A stretch of DNA of 64,000 nucleotides from Octopus sinensis. Taxonomy: Eukaryota. The stretch lies in NCBI RefSeq assembly GCF_006345805.1, contig NC_043004.1, forward strand, positions 31,372,001 to 31,436,000. The letters are read 5' to 3'. This document shows positions 63,431 through 64,000 of this stretch, in pieces. Position numbers and translations under genes: made by a program. Below the pieces are notes generated by a model, which was not told the origin of the DNA, searched no databases, and worked only from the letters and a program-made list of their open reading frames with translations. Each line of letters begins with the position of its first letter. Within the stretch, counting starts at the first letter, position 1.

Positions 63431-63719
63431 CAGACTAAAGACCATCTATCCTACACAATGATAAGCTGAGCAAACCGTTATGGCCTGAGATATCTTTTAA
63501 CAGCTGATTAACATTAATAACTCTATTAAGGAAAGGAGAACAGGGATTGTAATATTAATAGGCTAAGTAAATTAGATCTGACCTTTTTTTTTCTTTAATT
63601 AAACAAATAAATACCCATTCCTATCACAAACTATTTTCAAACTCTAGTAAACAAGTAAGTGAACTTTTAAACAAGGATTTACACAATTCATTAAGCTTTA
63701 AGATCTAAAAGTTACAAAC

Positions 63720-63841
63720 CGTAACAACTGGAATTTCCCTGTACAGCCAAGACGGTCGCATGGAAAAATATCCTCCTTTGCGCTACCACAAGACCGATAA
63801 TTGCCAGGACGTTGACAAGATTCCGAGTCACATTTATATAT
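63720..63841 (-). CDS. EIF2S3: eIF2-gamma exon (122 nt): IYKCDSESCQRPGNYRSCGSAKEDIFPCDRLGCTGKFQLL(R)
   Basis: TTTCAG acceptor at 63842-63843; GTTTGT donor; zinc-knuckle region; phase matches the next exon. Confidence 0.96.
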
Positions 63842-64000
63842 CTGAAATTTACAGATGTGGATAAAATAAATGGTTCTTTTGAAATGATATATTTTTATAA
63901 ATTAAAAAAATTTATCAAATCAACAGGACAATATAAATGTTTAATAATGAAGAATGATTATTCTTTTACTGGTTTCAGCCAGAAGCTGGGGCCATGCTAG

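Larger units (their letters stand above)
53090..63841 (-). other. EIF2S3: Gene span (3' nine coding exons) of eukaryotic translation initiation factor 2 subunit gamma
   Basis: Nine GT-AG exons (122, 95, 159, 135, 95, 145, 170, 173, 64 nt) splice in frame; DCPGH, NKID and SAQ GTPase motifs; C-terminus RLIGWGQIRRG. Confidence 0.98.

Noticed and set aside
53154-63719. snoRNAs or a nested Su(var)3-9 exon in EIF2S3 introns (the latter known from insects)
   Set aside because: No convincing C/D box pair or SET/chromo-domain coding sequence seen; the intron used in insects would lie upstream, outside this window.

Overview
AT-rich, repeat-dense animal genomic DNA, most consistent with an octopus or other coleoid cephalopod (inferred from the SINE families, (TA)n arrays and mollusc-like proteins; not database-confirmed). 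Two convergent intron-rich housekeeping genes are supported by hand translation with canonical GT-AG sites. (1) On +, a Got1/Sft2-family vesicle transport gene (SFT2D1/2 ortholog), six coding exons from 28167 to 49705; its first coding exon was not found. (2) On -, eIF2-gamma (EIF2S3), nine coding exons from 63841 to 53090; its 5' exons lie beyond the window. Two weak exon candidates near 1026 and 4405 may be the end of an upstream gene. The rest is tRNA-derived SINEs, RTE-type LINE fragments (two with an inverted 5' part), decayed Tc1/mariner elements, Penelope-like element (PLE) fragments, a Helitron-like terminus, micro/minisatellites and a near-identical ~915 bp tandem duplication. The most notable unannotated signal is a set of type I hammerhead-ribozyme motifs in PLE-type termini. 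One has a fully canonical core at 41674-41759, sense in an SFT2D intron, at the breakpoint of an inverted repeat and ~200 nt from a second minimal hammerhead. Several long hairpins (13016-13340, 35696-35765, 36403-36960, 41539-41818, 45606-46115, 48645-48707) are candidate dsRNA substrates. Exon coordinates were counted base by base; repeat boundaries are approximate. No folding, alignment or database search was run, and vertebrate exon sizes are from memory.
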